From the NCBI GenBank assembly GCA_048213135.1, contig PS015061.1:302628-366627 (forward strand): a stretch of 64,000 nucleotides of DNA, given 5' to 3'. Shown in pieces: positions 52,470-64,000 of this stretch. Each line of letters starts with the position of its first letter. Within the stretch, counting starts at the first letter, position 1. This stretch comes from Reclinomonas americana ATCC 50394 (Eukaryota). Both the position numbers and the translations under genes were made by a program. The notes below the pieces were generated by a model. The model saw only the letters and a program-made list of their open reading frames with translations. It was not told the origin of the DNA and ran no database searches.

Positions 52470-55400
52470 ATGTCGGCGCCCAGATCGTCGCGCGGGCCAC
52501 CCAGTCGTGTGCCTGGAGGCATGGCGCCACTAGCCGCCACGCGAGCAGGCAATGGCGGTGGCAGCAGCAGCGGCAGTGCCAATAGCAGTGCTCGCCGTCG
52601 AAACTATGGAGGCATGAGCTCGGCTGCGGCCTCCTCCGGCAACGCAGCCGCTGCCATGGCAGTGTCGGCGCGCACTGGCGGTGGTGGCAGCAGTAACGCA
52701 GAGAGTGGCTCGTCGGCTGCGTCCTCAGACATGGCATTCCTCGATGGGTTTGATGGGTCGAGCAAGATCGTGCTGGAGATGGATCTCGTGCAGCACATGG
52801 GACTGCCGTCGGTGCAGCAGCAGGGCATGCTGTTGCTGACCAATGCCGGTGGTTCGGCGGCGGCGACGGCGAGCAGCATCTCACGTGCGAGTGCCGGCGA
52901 TGCGGGTGGCAGTGGGCGATCGTCGGCATCGGCGGGAGCAGCAGCCGATGATTCGTTGTCGACTGGTGGGGAGAGTGTGTCGACGGGAGCGCCAAGCACG
53001 GCGGTGCAGAAGGCAGCATCGGCTGCCGCGTCCACGATGATGATGTTGGGAGCGTCGGCCACCACGCAGGTGCCGCAGTTCACGTGTTTCACGTTGATGC
53101 GCGATCGCAATGGATTGCTGGCCGGTCGAGGTCTGTCTGTCTGTCTCTTTCTCCTCCTCTTCCTTGTTTTCGATGGCTGCATTCACACGTCGTCTGGGCT
53201 GGTGCAGACGACGGTTCTCTGTGTCTCTATCGCTTCTCGCTCGATCGCTCGACTCGTGTGCGCGGCCCCGATCGCATCATGGAGGGTCACTTGGGTGCCA
53301 TTCGCTGCGTGTTCTACGACTCGTCACAGGGATTGGCCTTTACCGGCAGTGTGGATCGCACCATCAAGGGTCAGCTTCATGTTTGTTGCAGTCAGCACGA
53401 ATGTCGATGGACTCACCCGTGTGTTGGCAGTGTGGGATCCATGGTGTCGTGATAGCATGCCGCCCGTGGTGCAAAGCATGGTTGGCCACGAGCACACCGT
53501 CACTGGTGTGTCACAGCACGGCGACGTGCTGGTGTCGTGCTCCATGGACGGAGCGGTGATGGCTTGGCGCACCGATTACCAAAGTCGCTCGTTCATGTCG
53601 TACCCGTTCTACGCACCGTGGTTGATTGTCAAGAAGCCGTGTTCGTTGCGTAAACAGCATACTCTTCTCACCTAACATGTCCCTCAACTCATCGTCCTCT
53701 CCTGTACTCAATGCACACACAGTGTGTGGGTGGACTGTCTGAGTGCGGCATCCAACCCGTCTGTCGGCGAGGCCACCGATGTGACGGTGGGCGACGGCTC
53801 CGGCACACTGTGGATGTTCAAGTCAGACACCCCGGATGGACTCATTGTGGAGGACATTACTGTGTGCCGGAAACTCACCAACGTGCATCGCCTGAGCGTG
53901 ATCGAGTTGATGCATCTGGAACGGGAAAACCTGCTGTTCAGCATTGGGTCGGATTACGCCAGTTGTGTTCGTGTTTATGACTCTTATCGCTGAAGGACTG
54001 CATGCTCACTCTCTGTGTGTGCACAGTGAAAGCTTTCGATCTGACCACCGGCACCATGTACACCTCGGTGGACAACAAGCGCGGTTGCAAGTACACCTCG
54101 ATGGCGTGGAATGAGCAGGAGCAGGTTGCGCTCGCTCTCGCTCGCTCGCTGCATGTTTCTCTCACACGAGCACTTACGCAGCCAGCACACGCAGGAGGTG
54201 TTTCTGGTCGACGAGCTGGGGTACTTGGAAGTGTGGAGCTATCGTGCCAGTGCAGTGCGCAGTGTGATGCAAATCGCCCATGTGCCTCTGCTTAAGGTGG
54301 CCTTCAATCAGCACTCGCAGATGCTCACCGTCATGACAGCGACCTCCATCAAGGTGTGATACTTGCACACACATCGACGATTCGATGTGTGTGGGGCGCG
54401 ACTGACTGGTTTGTTTGCAGAGCTACGTGGTGCTCGACAGAATACCATTCCAGGAATTCACGCAACACGGCGACGCGGTGATTGGCGTACACGGATATCA
54501 TGCGGGCGACGAGGATCACATTATCACCGTGTCATACGACAACAAGATGGTGGCGTGGGTGATGGGATCGCAGCGCCTCATCCATCTGGGAGTTGCGTCA
54601 GTCGACGACCATTCACTCCACACAATTTTGCTGACACACACGTGCACGCCTCGCAGATCACTGAGGAGCGAGAGAGTGAGTTGTCCAAGTCCGTGGTGGT
54701 GCCCGAGTACGGCGTGCTCGTGGTTGGCCTCGACAGCGGCGCTGTGCGCGTGTGGAAAATCGATGTCGAGCGGTACGAGACGATGCACGAACATCGGAAC
54801 ACGGTGTCTGCCATGTGTGTGGCCGGCTGTGTGTCGTTCCGCGGCCGACTGGAACGACGATCGTGTGTGATCACGGGCGACTATGATGGTTTCCTCGGCG
54901 CTTGGGATGTACAGTACGATGCCCGCACGCACCCCACCAAGGTCGGCTGCGATTGTTGCAATGTGTGTTGCCCTGCTTGTTCACATTCCCGTGCACACTA
55001 CAGATTGGCATCTGGCGTGGCCACAACTCAGAAGTGCTCAGTGTGGCCTACGCTGACCCGATCACGGCCTACATCTCCGCCGGAAGCGACCGCTGCATTC
55101 GATTCTGGGACCCGAAGCGGTTCGACATGCTGGCAGAGATTCGACACGCACACGCCCAATCCATCACGTGCATGGCAGTGGACGGCAACTTTCTGTTCAC
55201 CGCCGGCGAGGACTGTAGCATTGGCGTGTGGGATACCATCAGTTGCGAGAAGATCAAGTCGTTCGACACGGCACACAGTGGCGAAGTCACCGCCATGGCC
55301 ATTGTCAAGAGCAGCGGGCATCTCATCTCTTGTGGTCTCGACGGCTGCCTGCATCTGTGGGATTATGCCACCGGCACGGTGCTCAAGGTGCGTCGCTGGC

Positions 55401-55647
55401 ACGACCTGCAGCAAACAGAACACATCCGTGGCAGCTGCTCACTCGACCACCGTGAATGCAGACGGTTCGCGGCGTTGGTTCCAAATTCACCGCCTTTGTC
55501 TTTCACGAGGCCACTAACGTGGTCTACGTGGGCACCGCCGACGGCAAGATCATTCAGTACTCGCTGGCTCTCGACGATTCACCTCCGGCCGATGGCGTGC
55601 AGGCGCCACCACCACAACTGCAAGCCGAGGGTGGTGCGTGCGATCAC

Positions 55648-55725
<78 letters not shown>

Positions 55726-55822
55726 GACGACGACGACGACGTACGTACGTACGTACGACGTACGTACGTACGTACGTACGTACGTACGTACGTACGTACG
55801 TACGTACGTACGTACGTACGTA

Positions 55823-55855
<33 letters not shown>

Positions 55856-56162
55856 GTCGCGTCGCGTCGTCGTCNNNNNNNNNNNNNNNNNNNNNNNNNN
55901 NNNNNNNNNNNNNNNNNNNNNNNNNNNNNNNNNNNNNNNNNNNNNNNNNNNNNNNNNNNNNNNNNNNNNNNNNNNNNNNNNNNNNNNNNNNNNNNNNNNN
56001 NNNNNNNNNNNNNNNNNNNNNNNNNNNNNNNNNNNNNNNNNNNNNNNNNNNNNNNNNNNNNNNNNNNNNNNNNNNNNNNNNNNNNNNNNNNNNNNNNNNN
56101 NNNNNNNNNNNNNNNNNNNNNNNNNNNNNNNNNNNNNNNNNNNNNNNNNNNNNNNNNNNNNN

Positions 56163-56202
<40 letters not shown>

Positions 56203-56624
56203 AGCCTATGCCTAACAGCATTCCGTCGACAGCATCGACTCTGTCGGTTCCCAAGGGTCTCAGCGGCATGTCGTCGTTGGCCAGTTCGGCACGCCCCGGC
56301 CTGCACTCGGCAGCATCGTATCGCACGTCGGCGACCTCGTCGGCACGGCCACACGACACCAGCCTTCGAGAGCTGATTGAGAGTGCCGGCGACAGCGACG
56401 ATCCCATCACATCCATGCTGATTGCCAAGGCGCACCAACTCAACCTCGACACGAACCGAAGCACCAGCAGTGTTGACGCACTGCTGGAGACGACGAACTT
56501 CACCAGCGTGCTTCCCGTGCGAGTACCACGCATCCCTGGCCGCGGCACCATCACCACCCAGCGATCACGAGGGGCGCTGTCGCGCGACAAGCAGGCATCG
56601 CCATCGCATCACTCCCTTCGGTAG
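52470..56624 (+). CDS. WD40-repeat protein, many introns
   Basis: Repeated GH...WD units: MEGHLGAIRCV...TGSVDRTIK(V)WD, GHEHTVTGV...SCSMDGAVMAW, GHNSEVLSV...SAGSDRCIRFWD, AHSGEVTAM...SCGLDGCLHLWD. Confidence 0.85.
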
Positions 56625-56767
56625 CCGTCGTCAACGTCGTATCACCACTATGTTAAGAAACAGAAAAAAAGTAACATGGCATGGAACATAGGTATTCGCT
56701 CTACACACGTCCGTTGCTTGTAATTGTTGTGCTCCACCAACAGAGGAAGAAAAACGACCCACTCGCC

Positions 56768-57504
56768 TCACTTGCGCTCCGTGGCGTCGGCGCCAAAGCC
56801 TGGAACTGTATCGAGCAGACAGAAATACACACAATGACGTGAGCACGGCAGCTGCTACCCTTCTCCTTTCGTGCACGCAACTCGGTGGCGTCTCGGTAAA
56901 GATGGAGCGGTCTATTGGCAACAGCGAGTCGTCAATCTGCTTGGCCTCGGTCAGCAGCGCCTCGGGGCCGTACTTTTGCAGCGCCGCCAATGCAGCCATG
57001 CGCGCCTTGATGCGTCGCATCTCGGCTGCTCTCAGCGTGTTGTGCTCTCGTGTGCGGCTCTGTGAGCCGAGGTGCGCCACCTGCGCCGACTTGGCGAATC
57101 CTTCGGGTTCCTTCTCGCGCGGGTCCTTCGGCAGCGCATTCTCGATTGGTGTCAGCTGCGTCTGGATGGCGGCCAGCGCCTGCCCGGCTTTGTCGGGCCC
57201 TTTGGCCTTTTTCGCAAAGAAGCGCCCCGCCAGGCGGTAAAGACTGCCTGCAGTGTTGCTGCGACACAATCAACACAATCAGATGGCAAATCTGGGAGTG
57301 CACAGGCGCACATTCATGCACATACACACACACACACAGAGGCGTAGGCTTACACGGCGAGAGCAACACATGATGCGTGCACACAAGGTGGAGTGCGACA
57401 TGTGCAACAGACGCGCACGCACACACACGCACACGCACACAGAAGGAAGCACACACATACACACACAGGGGAGCACCATGTGCATGCACAGCAACACACC
57501 TCAT
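56768..57504 (-). CDS. Mitochondrial large ribosomal subunit protein mL40-like
   Basis: Basic presequence-like N-terminus (…RLAGRFFAKKAKG), helical core and …DDSLLPIDRSIFTETPP|IPG motif recalled for mL40; the start needs a 5-nt first exon (ATGAG|GT). Confidence 0.6.
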
Positions 57505-57569
57505 CACACCACTTCACTGAGGAAGACGGACGACCAGGAAACAAACTTGGGAGCAGGACTTCATCGTCT

Positions 57570-60157
57570 TCAATAACCACGATCGACGTCGACCACATGT
57601 TTCAACGCTTGCACACCGTGCTCACGCCATGTTCTTCTTGTCTGCAGAATGATACGTGCCCCGCTGGCCTCCTCGGCATTGCCAGAAACGTGCGGCGTTA
57701 TACGGACGCGGGGATGCAGCCAGAGCGGCGAAGCGTCGGGCAGCGGTTCGCGACGTGTCACGTCGAGCGTGGCGCGACTGAGATGACCGCTGTCCAGTGC
57801 TGCCAGCAGATCCTCCTCTACCACGTGCTCGCCTCGCGATGGGTTCACCAGTGCGGCGCCCCGAGGCAGGCACGACAGCAGCCGGCTATCGATGATGTTC
57901 CGCGTCTCGTCGGTGAGCGCCAGCAGGTTGACGAGGACCTCGCACTGCGGCAGAAACTCGTTCTCCAACGCTTCGCGACCGGCATACACCGGGTACTCGG
58001 GTGCATCATCACCGTCGCCGTCTTCGGATCGACCTCTTCTCCAGGCCACCACACGGAAACCGAAGTGCGCCAGATGCTGGGCAGTGAAGGTGCCGAAGCT
58101 GCCGGTGCCCATGATGCCTACCGTCACGTCGGGGACGTCGCGCATCGGTAACCTTGCATCCCACACCTGCACAAATGTTGCATGAGAGAAAGGGAAGGGA
58201 GACACGGAGAGCGCCACAAAGGAGGCACCTTGTTGCGCTGCTGCTCCATGAAATCCTCAGTGCGTTTGACAATGTTGAGCACGGCCGTCAGCACCCAGTC
58301 GGCCATACGCCGCTGAGCGGCCGGATCCACCAGTTTCACAATGGGCAGATGCCGTGGCACCTGCTCCTTGTTGCGCATGAGGAAGTCGACGCCGGCACCG
58401 AGCCACGTGATCAATCCCACCGACGGACATTGTTCCGAGGTGAAGGGCAACGGACCCCACGCGATCGCCGTGTCTACCTGCGCCAGCACCTGCGCGTCGT
58501 CCTTGACCAGGTCCCATTCGTACACTGGAATGCCGGTCTTGGATGCCTGGGAGAGACGTGATGAATGCACAGCGATGGTGACGCACGCATGCATGCATGG
58601 CAAGGAAGCAAACCTCGGCGCGAATGGCAGCCAGGAAGCGTCGATACCAGGGCACGAGAGAGGGTTCTTGCACAGTCGGGCACCACAACATGGCACCGCA
58701 ATCGCCACTCGGCGACGATGGTGATGGTGATGAAGGTAATGGCTCAGTGCTGCTCATGATGGATACGCGATTGCGTTGTTGCTCCTCAGCGATGCGTCGA
58801 ATCACACGAGTGAGACGTGAACAAGCCTACAAGACGCAGAGGGATCAGCGCGCCTGCGTGTGCAACCAGAAAGGGACAACTGCGAAGAAAGGACCTCACG
58901 AAGAACGTCGGCCTCCAACACGAGACCGATGCGGACGTGGCCCTTGGCGGACTCGCCGAACGAGTCCGTCGGCAGCAGCGACACGTGCTCCTCCTCGAGA
59001 ACGCGGCTGGCGAACTCGGCCGACGTCACACCGAGTGGCGTGACGTTGATGAGCACAAACATGCCACCGTCGGGGCACACCAGGTCGACCAGCGGAGCCA
59101 GTGGCGACAACGCCTGCAGCACCACATCGCGTCGCTCCTGGTACTTGGCGCGCAGGAAGTTCGGATAGGCCGGTGAGCAGTCACGCAGCGCCGTCAGTGC
59201 ACCGACTTGGGCGAATGGAACCATGCCAAACAGCATCGCCTCGGCGTGAATAGACATGGCCTCGATCAGGCGCTCCGGTCCCACGGCCCAGCCCACACGC
59301 CAGCCCGCCATGCCCAGCGATTTGGAGATGCTGCCGAGAACCACAGTGCGGTCGCGCATGGCCTCGACCTGCGCCGGCGACACATGTTGCTTCCCGTCAA
59401 AGATAACGTCGGCGTACACCTCGTCACTGATGCACCACCAGTCGCGTCGCACGCACAGCTCGGTCAGCTGCTGCACAAACTCCGCGCTGGCTACGGCGCC
59501 GGTCGGATTGTGTGGCGAGTTCAGCAGCACCGCTCGCACTCGCTGTCCGCGCTGAGTATGCTCGTCGGCCGCCGCCTCCATGGCCGCAGCGTCAAAGACA
59601 AACGGTCGCGGCGATCCCGCACGAGCTCGCATCGACACTGGCAGGTAGACGCCGCCAGTGGAGGCGACCGTGGACGGGTAGGTGGCGTACGAGGGCTCCG
59701 GCACCAGCACACCATCGCCCTGATCGACCAGGCATCGCAGAATGGTGAAGAGTGCCGACTGACCGCCTGGCGTGATGATCACGTTCGAGGCAGTCACCTG
59801 TGCATGCATGCATGCGTGAGTGAGTGAGTGTGAGAGAGAAGCGGGAGGAGAGAGGCGATCGCTCACCGCATGACCGGTCATGCGTGCATGTCTCTGAGCG
59901 ATCAACACGCGCAGATCGTGATGGCCCGACGCGTCTGTGTACCCGTGCCACTTGCTCTCCTGTGCCGCCGATGCGGTGGCCGCAATGGCCTCGGCCGGCA
60001 GCGGCTGATCGGGCTGACCAATCGACAGCACAATCATGCGATCGGCGCTCACTTGCCCCGACGCCACCATCACTTGGGCGCGATGATGCATGGCCCACGG
60101 ATCGCCAGCATGCAGCCGTGTGTCGAGGAGTCGCCGAGCGACCTGACCCAGTCGCAT
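57570..60157 (-). CDS. Putative fusion: AruH-like class I PLP aminotransferase + linker + GhrA-like D-2-hydroxyacid dehydrogenase, 4 introns
   Basis: N-part: LSIGQPD, LNSPHNPTG, ISDEVY, SISKSLGMAGWRVG (PLP Lys), PDGGMF, GHVRIGL. C-part: LGAGVD, GIMGTGSFG, VNPSRG, LDVTRREPLP, ITPHVSG, VDRGY*. Joined in frame by intron 58827..58894. Confidence 0.8.
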
Positions 60158-60371
60158 GATGGCGACGAAGGAAGAATGATTTGGCCGACGGATTTAGATG
60201 GTTGGTTTGGTTTTTTGGGTTTGGGTTTATAGCATTTCATTCATGACTCGCACGCGAGACGGTCATGCATGTGCACGCACACAGACAGGGAGAACGGGGA
60301 AAATATAGGGAACGGAATAAGAGCACTAACAAGAGGAAAAAAAGAAAAAAAAGTCACACTATTCGCTGTTT

Positions 60372-63043
60372 CTAGTCGGACTCGGTGGTCGGCGCCTTCT
60401 TCTCGCCAGCCGCGGCCGCGTCACCGTTTCCATTGTTGTTGTTGTTACGTGGCTGAGGACGTGGCTTCCTTGGGCCGTAACGCTGCTGCTGCTGCTGCTG
60501 CTGCTGGTCGGCATTGTCACCGCCCTGCGCGCCAGACGACTGGCCGTAGCGGCGCGGACGCTGCTGTCGGTTGTCGGAGCCACCCTGAGCCTGTGCACCA
60601 CCCTCCTGACTGCCACCACGGCGACCGCGTCCAGAGCGATCGACGCGAGAGTCCTGCAGGTACTGCTTGTGGTCCTCCTCCGACATGTTGCGGAGCTTCT
60701 CCACGTACTGCTTGACGTACTCGGCGTGCGCCGGATCCTTCTCCACCTTGTTCATCTCGCCTGCGTGTGTACGTGCATGCATGCGTGAGCAATGTGGTTG
60801 AGGGAGAGAGGCGTGCAGCACGGCGCGGGGAGACGAAACTGAGCATCTCGTCGGCGACACCAAACTCGCGCGTACGAGCCGCACGACGGGCAACCACAGC
60901 GTATGCCTCGGCGGGCACAGCTGCATTGTTCTCGCGCAGTGACTTCAAAAGCTATACCCAAATACCATGTGAATCACCGGCAGAGACGGTTTCGATGTGA
61001 GAGAGTGTGCGCGCAAGACGCAACAGCCGAGGCGACATTCAAGCGACGCGAGCGAATGTGGCAGTTGGTCAACTCCACGTACGTGCGATCGTTCGGCGTC
61101 ACTCCACGCTCCGGCAGCATGTTGTACAGGTTCACAGCCGAGTCGGGCTGCGCACATGTCACAGTCAACAACCCGGCAACCAAGCACGACTTGTGACGCT
61201 AAAAAAAACTGCACGCAACATTCCGGCTGCACGAGGCAATTGCCGAGTTGTAGCTCTCAATGTCGGCCTTGACGCCCAACTCGGCGTCCGAGGCCAGAAT
61301 GGACAGTGCCAGCTCAGAATCGCTGGTCTCCGCCGCCGCCTGCAACAGTGCGTTGAAGGCGTCCAACGAGATCAAGCCATCCTATGCACACCATCCCCAC
61401 ACCACACAGTCAGCACTTGCCATGGACTTAGTTCTCCACCAGCGGCCAGCTCACCTTGGCGACGTGGCGCAGCGCAGTGAGCGCGTACTCGACGCTCTCA
61501 CGATCGCGACCGATTCCACGCACAATCTTGCGCAGGGTTCCGTCCGACACGCGGTAGTCTGCGAGCGGCGAGCGTGAGACGGCAACACCACCAACAACAT
61601 CACAATCACAATCACAATGACGCACTGAAGCGGGACATCTCGCCCAGGATGCGGAAAGCAGCCTCGCTGTTGCGACCCTGACCGCAGGCACCGGCCAGCG
61701 CGTCGTACAGGTGCAAGCTCGGCGTGAAACCAGCGCGCTCCACCAACTGCCAGCACTGTGTTTCCACCACACGAGGTCAGCATCGCACCCAATGACATTC
61801 TCTCCTCCCCTCCCTTCGAGCACGTGACGAACCGCCTCGGCCAGATCGACGCGTCCGCGTCTCCAGGCCACATTCAGTGCGTGCAACAGAGAGCCCTCGT
61901 CGATGGTCGCCGACTGGAAGGCAGCGTGAATGGCCTGCACAGAAGGCATGAGCAAGAGAAAGAGAAGTGCTCCCACTCATGTGCGCGCACCGTCAACACC
62001 GTGTTGAGCAGAACGGGGTCGCCAGTGGTGAGCGCACGGGTCAACAGATCGCGATACAACTGCTGCGGAATTTGTACTTGCTGCCCAATGGCACTGAGCA
62101 GCAGCCGGTTGGCGTCGGCCGAGCGACCGAGCTTGCTCAGCGCCAAGCACTTGACCACATACGTATGCGCCGTCGGCACCAGGCCCGGCACCTGCTCCAT
62201 CTCCTTGTAGGTGCGCACCACCGACTCAAAGTCACCAGCCCGCGAGTACGCATCCATGAGGTTGTTGAAGGTCCACACATTCGGCTGCATCTGTCGCCGC
62301 TCAATCTCCTTGAACGCATCGACAGCCGTGTCCACAGACTCGGCCGACGCCGCCAGTCCAATCACGTTGGTCAGCGCATGCACGTTGAGGTTGATCGAGG
62401 CATCGGACTTGGAGTCGTGATACATCTTCAGGCCCTCGTCCATGTAGCGACGCGCTTGCCGGAACGCCTGCGTCGATGCCGACAGGATTCTTGCGTCGGC
62501 CTGCACTCCACTGTTGCGGAAGCGCATCGCTGCCTCGGCCGCCTGTAAATGCAAGATGCGATCGCGGTGTGAGGAGGCGGAGAGAAAGAGCAAGAGATTC
62601 TCCTCCACATAAAAAAACACGCAACAAGACGGTACTTGCGATCCTGCAGCAGCTTGCTGATCTCCTCAAAGGCCACTCGACGCGTCTGATCGACATCCTC
62701 TGTGCATGCGCGCGCGTGTGTGAGAAGAGACAGGTGCAGGTGTGCATGTGCATGTCTACACAAGCCCCACTTCGCGTTCTTCCTCCCACGCGCACGACAG
62801 GAGGGAGGGAGGGCGCGAGAGCAAGAGAGAGCAACAGGGGTGCAGGGAGACGCAACTGCGACCAGAGCTGCCGGGGGCTTCCTCACTCCGCGCAGTCATC
62901 GACCGCGATGCCGAGGTGGCCATGCCGCACAGCGCCACCGTGGCGCCTGTTGTCGCCCACGGATTGCGCGCAAACAGCAGCAGCGACGACGAGGCCGCCC
63001 GCTGCGGCTGACGCAGCACCAGTGCGCCCAGAGAACGCAACAT
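60372..63043 (-). CDS. Pentatricopeptide-repeat (PPR) protein, probably mitochondrial
   Basis: MLRSLGALVLRQ... presequence-like start; PPR motifs QPNVWTFNNLMDAYSRAGDFESVVRTYKEMEQ and AVNLYNMLPERGVTPNDRTY; Gln/Arg/Gly-rich tail. Confidence 0.8.
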
Positions 63044-63395
63044 TGTGTTGTGGGACAGTTAACTAGTTTGAGGCAGTGAGTCATGCTTGGTTTGTCGAAC
63101 GTCGCGGCGAGGAAGAGAAGCACGGCGGGAGGCTACGCAGCTGATGCCGACACAAGTAAGAGAGACAGGAGAAGAGTACGTGGTCTGCGCATGGAATCGC
63201 CCAACGTGGGACATTTCTGAACAAACTTCGCACTCTCTCTCTTTCTCTCCAGCGCCAGATCACTTGCAGTTGCATGACTGCGCATTGCGCTCACACGTCG
63301 ATCCGTACGCTGCACAGAACAGCACCCTACTCGCTTCTCTTCCCTCTTCTTCTCGCGGAAACTTCGCGGGACTTGTGCTCAATTTCGTTCTTTCG

Positions 63396-64000
63396 ATGAG
63401 TCGCGGCGGCGAGGAACGCGCCTCGCTGATCAACTCGGCTCACAACGAGCTATTCGAGCAGTACTCTGGCGACTTTAACGAAACACGCGATCAGCTCGAT
63501 GAGGTGCTCAAGAGCATGCGTTCAATGCCTGCCGTCGGTGCGCTCACCACGTGTAACAAACACGCTGTTAGTTGACAACTCTCACACTCACTCGCCCAAC
63601 GCAGACGATCGACGAAGAGCGCTGCAAAAGATCGACAAGCTCGTCGAAGAGTGCGAGGATCTCGTTGCGTCTCTTTTCTCTCTCGTGTGGATGTTCGCGC
63701 GCGCGCTTCTGATCACCACACCTCGACAGCTGTCAAACATGATGCTGGCGGTGCGGAGTCACCCAGTGACGGAGCGTGGACCAATGGGCCAGCGAGTGGC
63801 CATGCATCGCAAGGAGCTGACTGCGCGATTGGACGAGGCGCAACGGCAGCGATCGTCGCGAGCGGCGTTGATGGGCGAGGGTGTGCGTGGAGGAACGAAT
63901 GGCGGTGGCGATGAGGAGCGTGGCAATGCGCGAGATGTGCGAGTGCGACTGCAGCAGCAGAGACGACTGGTGGAGCAGTCGGGGCAAACGCTCGATGAGA
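63396..64000 (+). CDS. VTI1-type Qb-SNARE, 3'-partial (runs off window)
   Basis: ELFEQYSGDFNE...RRRALQKIDKLVEECEDL|LSNMMLAVRSHP...R (V-SNARE N-terminal helical domain), then RVRLQQQRRLVEQSGQTL at the start of the SNARE motif. Confidence 0.72.

Noticed and set aside
55722-55875. Second (GTAC)n array
   Set aside because: Same gap-edge artefact pattern as at 45 kb.

Overview
Gene-dense, GC-rich, intron-rich nuclear DNA from a microbial eukaryote (standard genetic code; short GT-AG introns of about 40-110 nt; CA/GA microsatellites; five N gaps). I can trace one tRNA-Ser(GCT) and about 21 spliced protein genes. These include proteasome RPT2 and beta-4 (PSMB2), a YAK1/DYRK-type kinase, an MFSD1-like transporter, the PP2A catalytic subunit, LRRC45-like, CCDC93, pecanex (PCNX4-like), CLEC16A/TT9-like, OSTC/DC2, a WD40 protein, an mL40-like mitoribosomal protein, a PPR protein and a partial VTI1-type SNARE. 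Gene identities come from my recall of family motifs, not from a database search. Most notable: (1) a bacterial-type AruH-like class I aminotransferase appears spliced in frame, through a Ser/Pro linker, onto a GhrA-like D-2-hydroxyacid dehydrogenase, giving a putative bifunctional fusion enzyme; (2) an abundant second class of 5' splice site, GTTG[C/A/T]G, looks like the GTG[C/A]G donor shifted by one base and is used mostly where the exon does not end in G; (3) an intronless bacterial-like NmrA/SDR gene; (4) very short (65-120 nt) divergent and tandem intergenic spacers.
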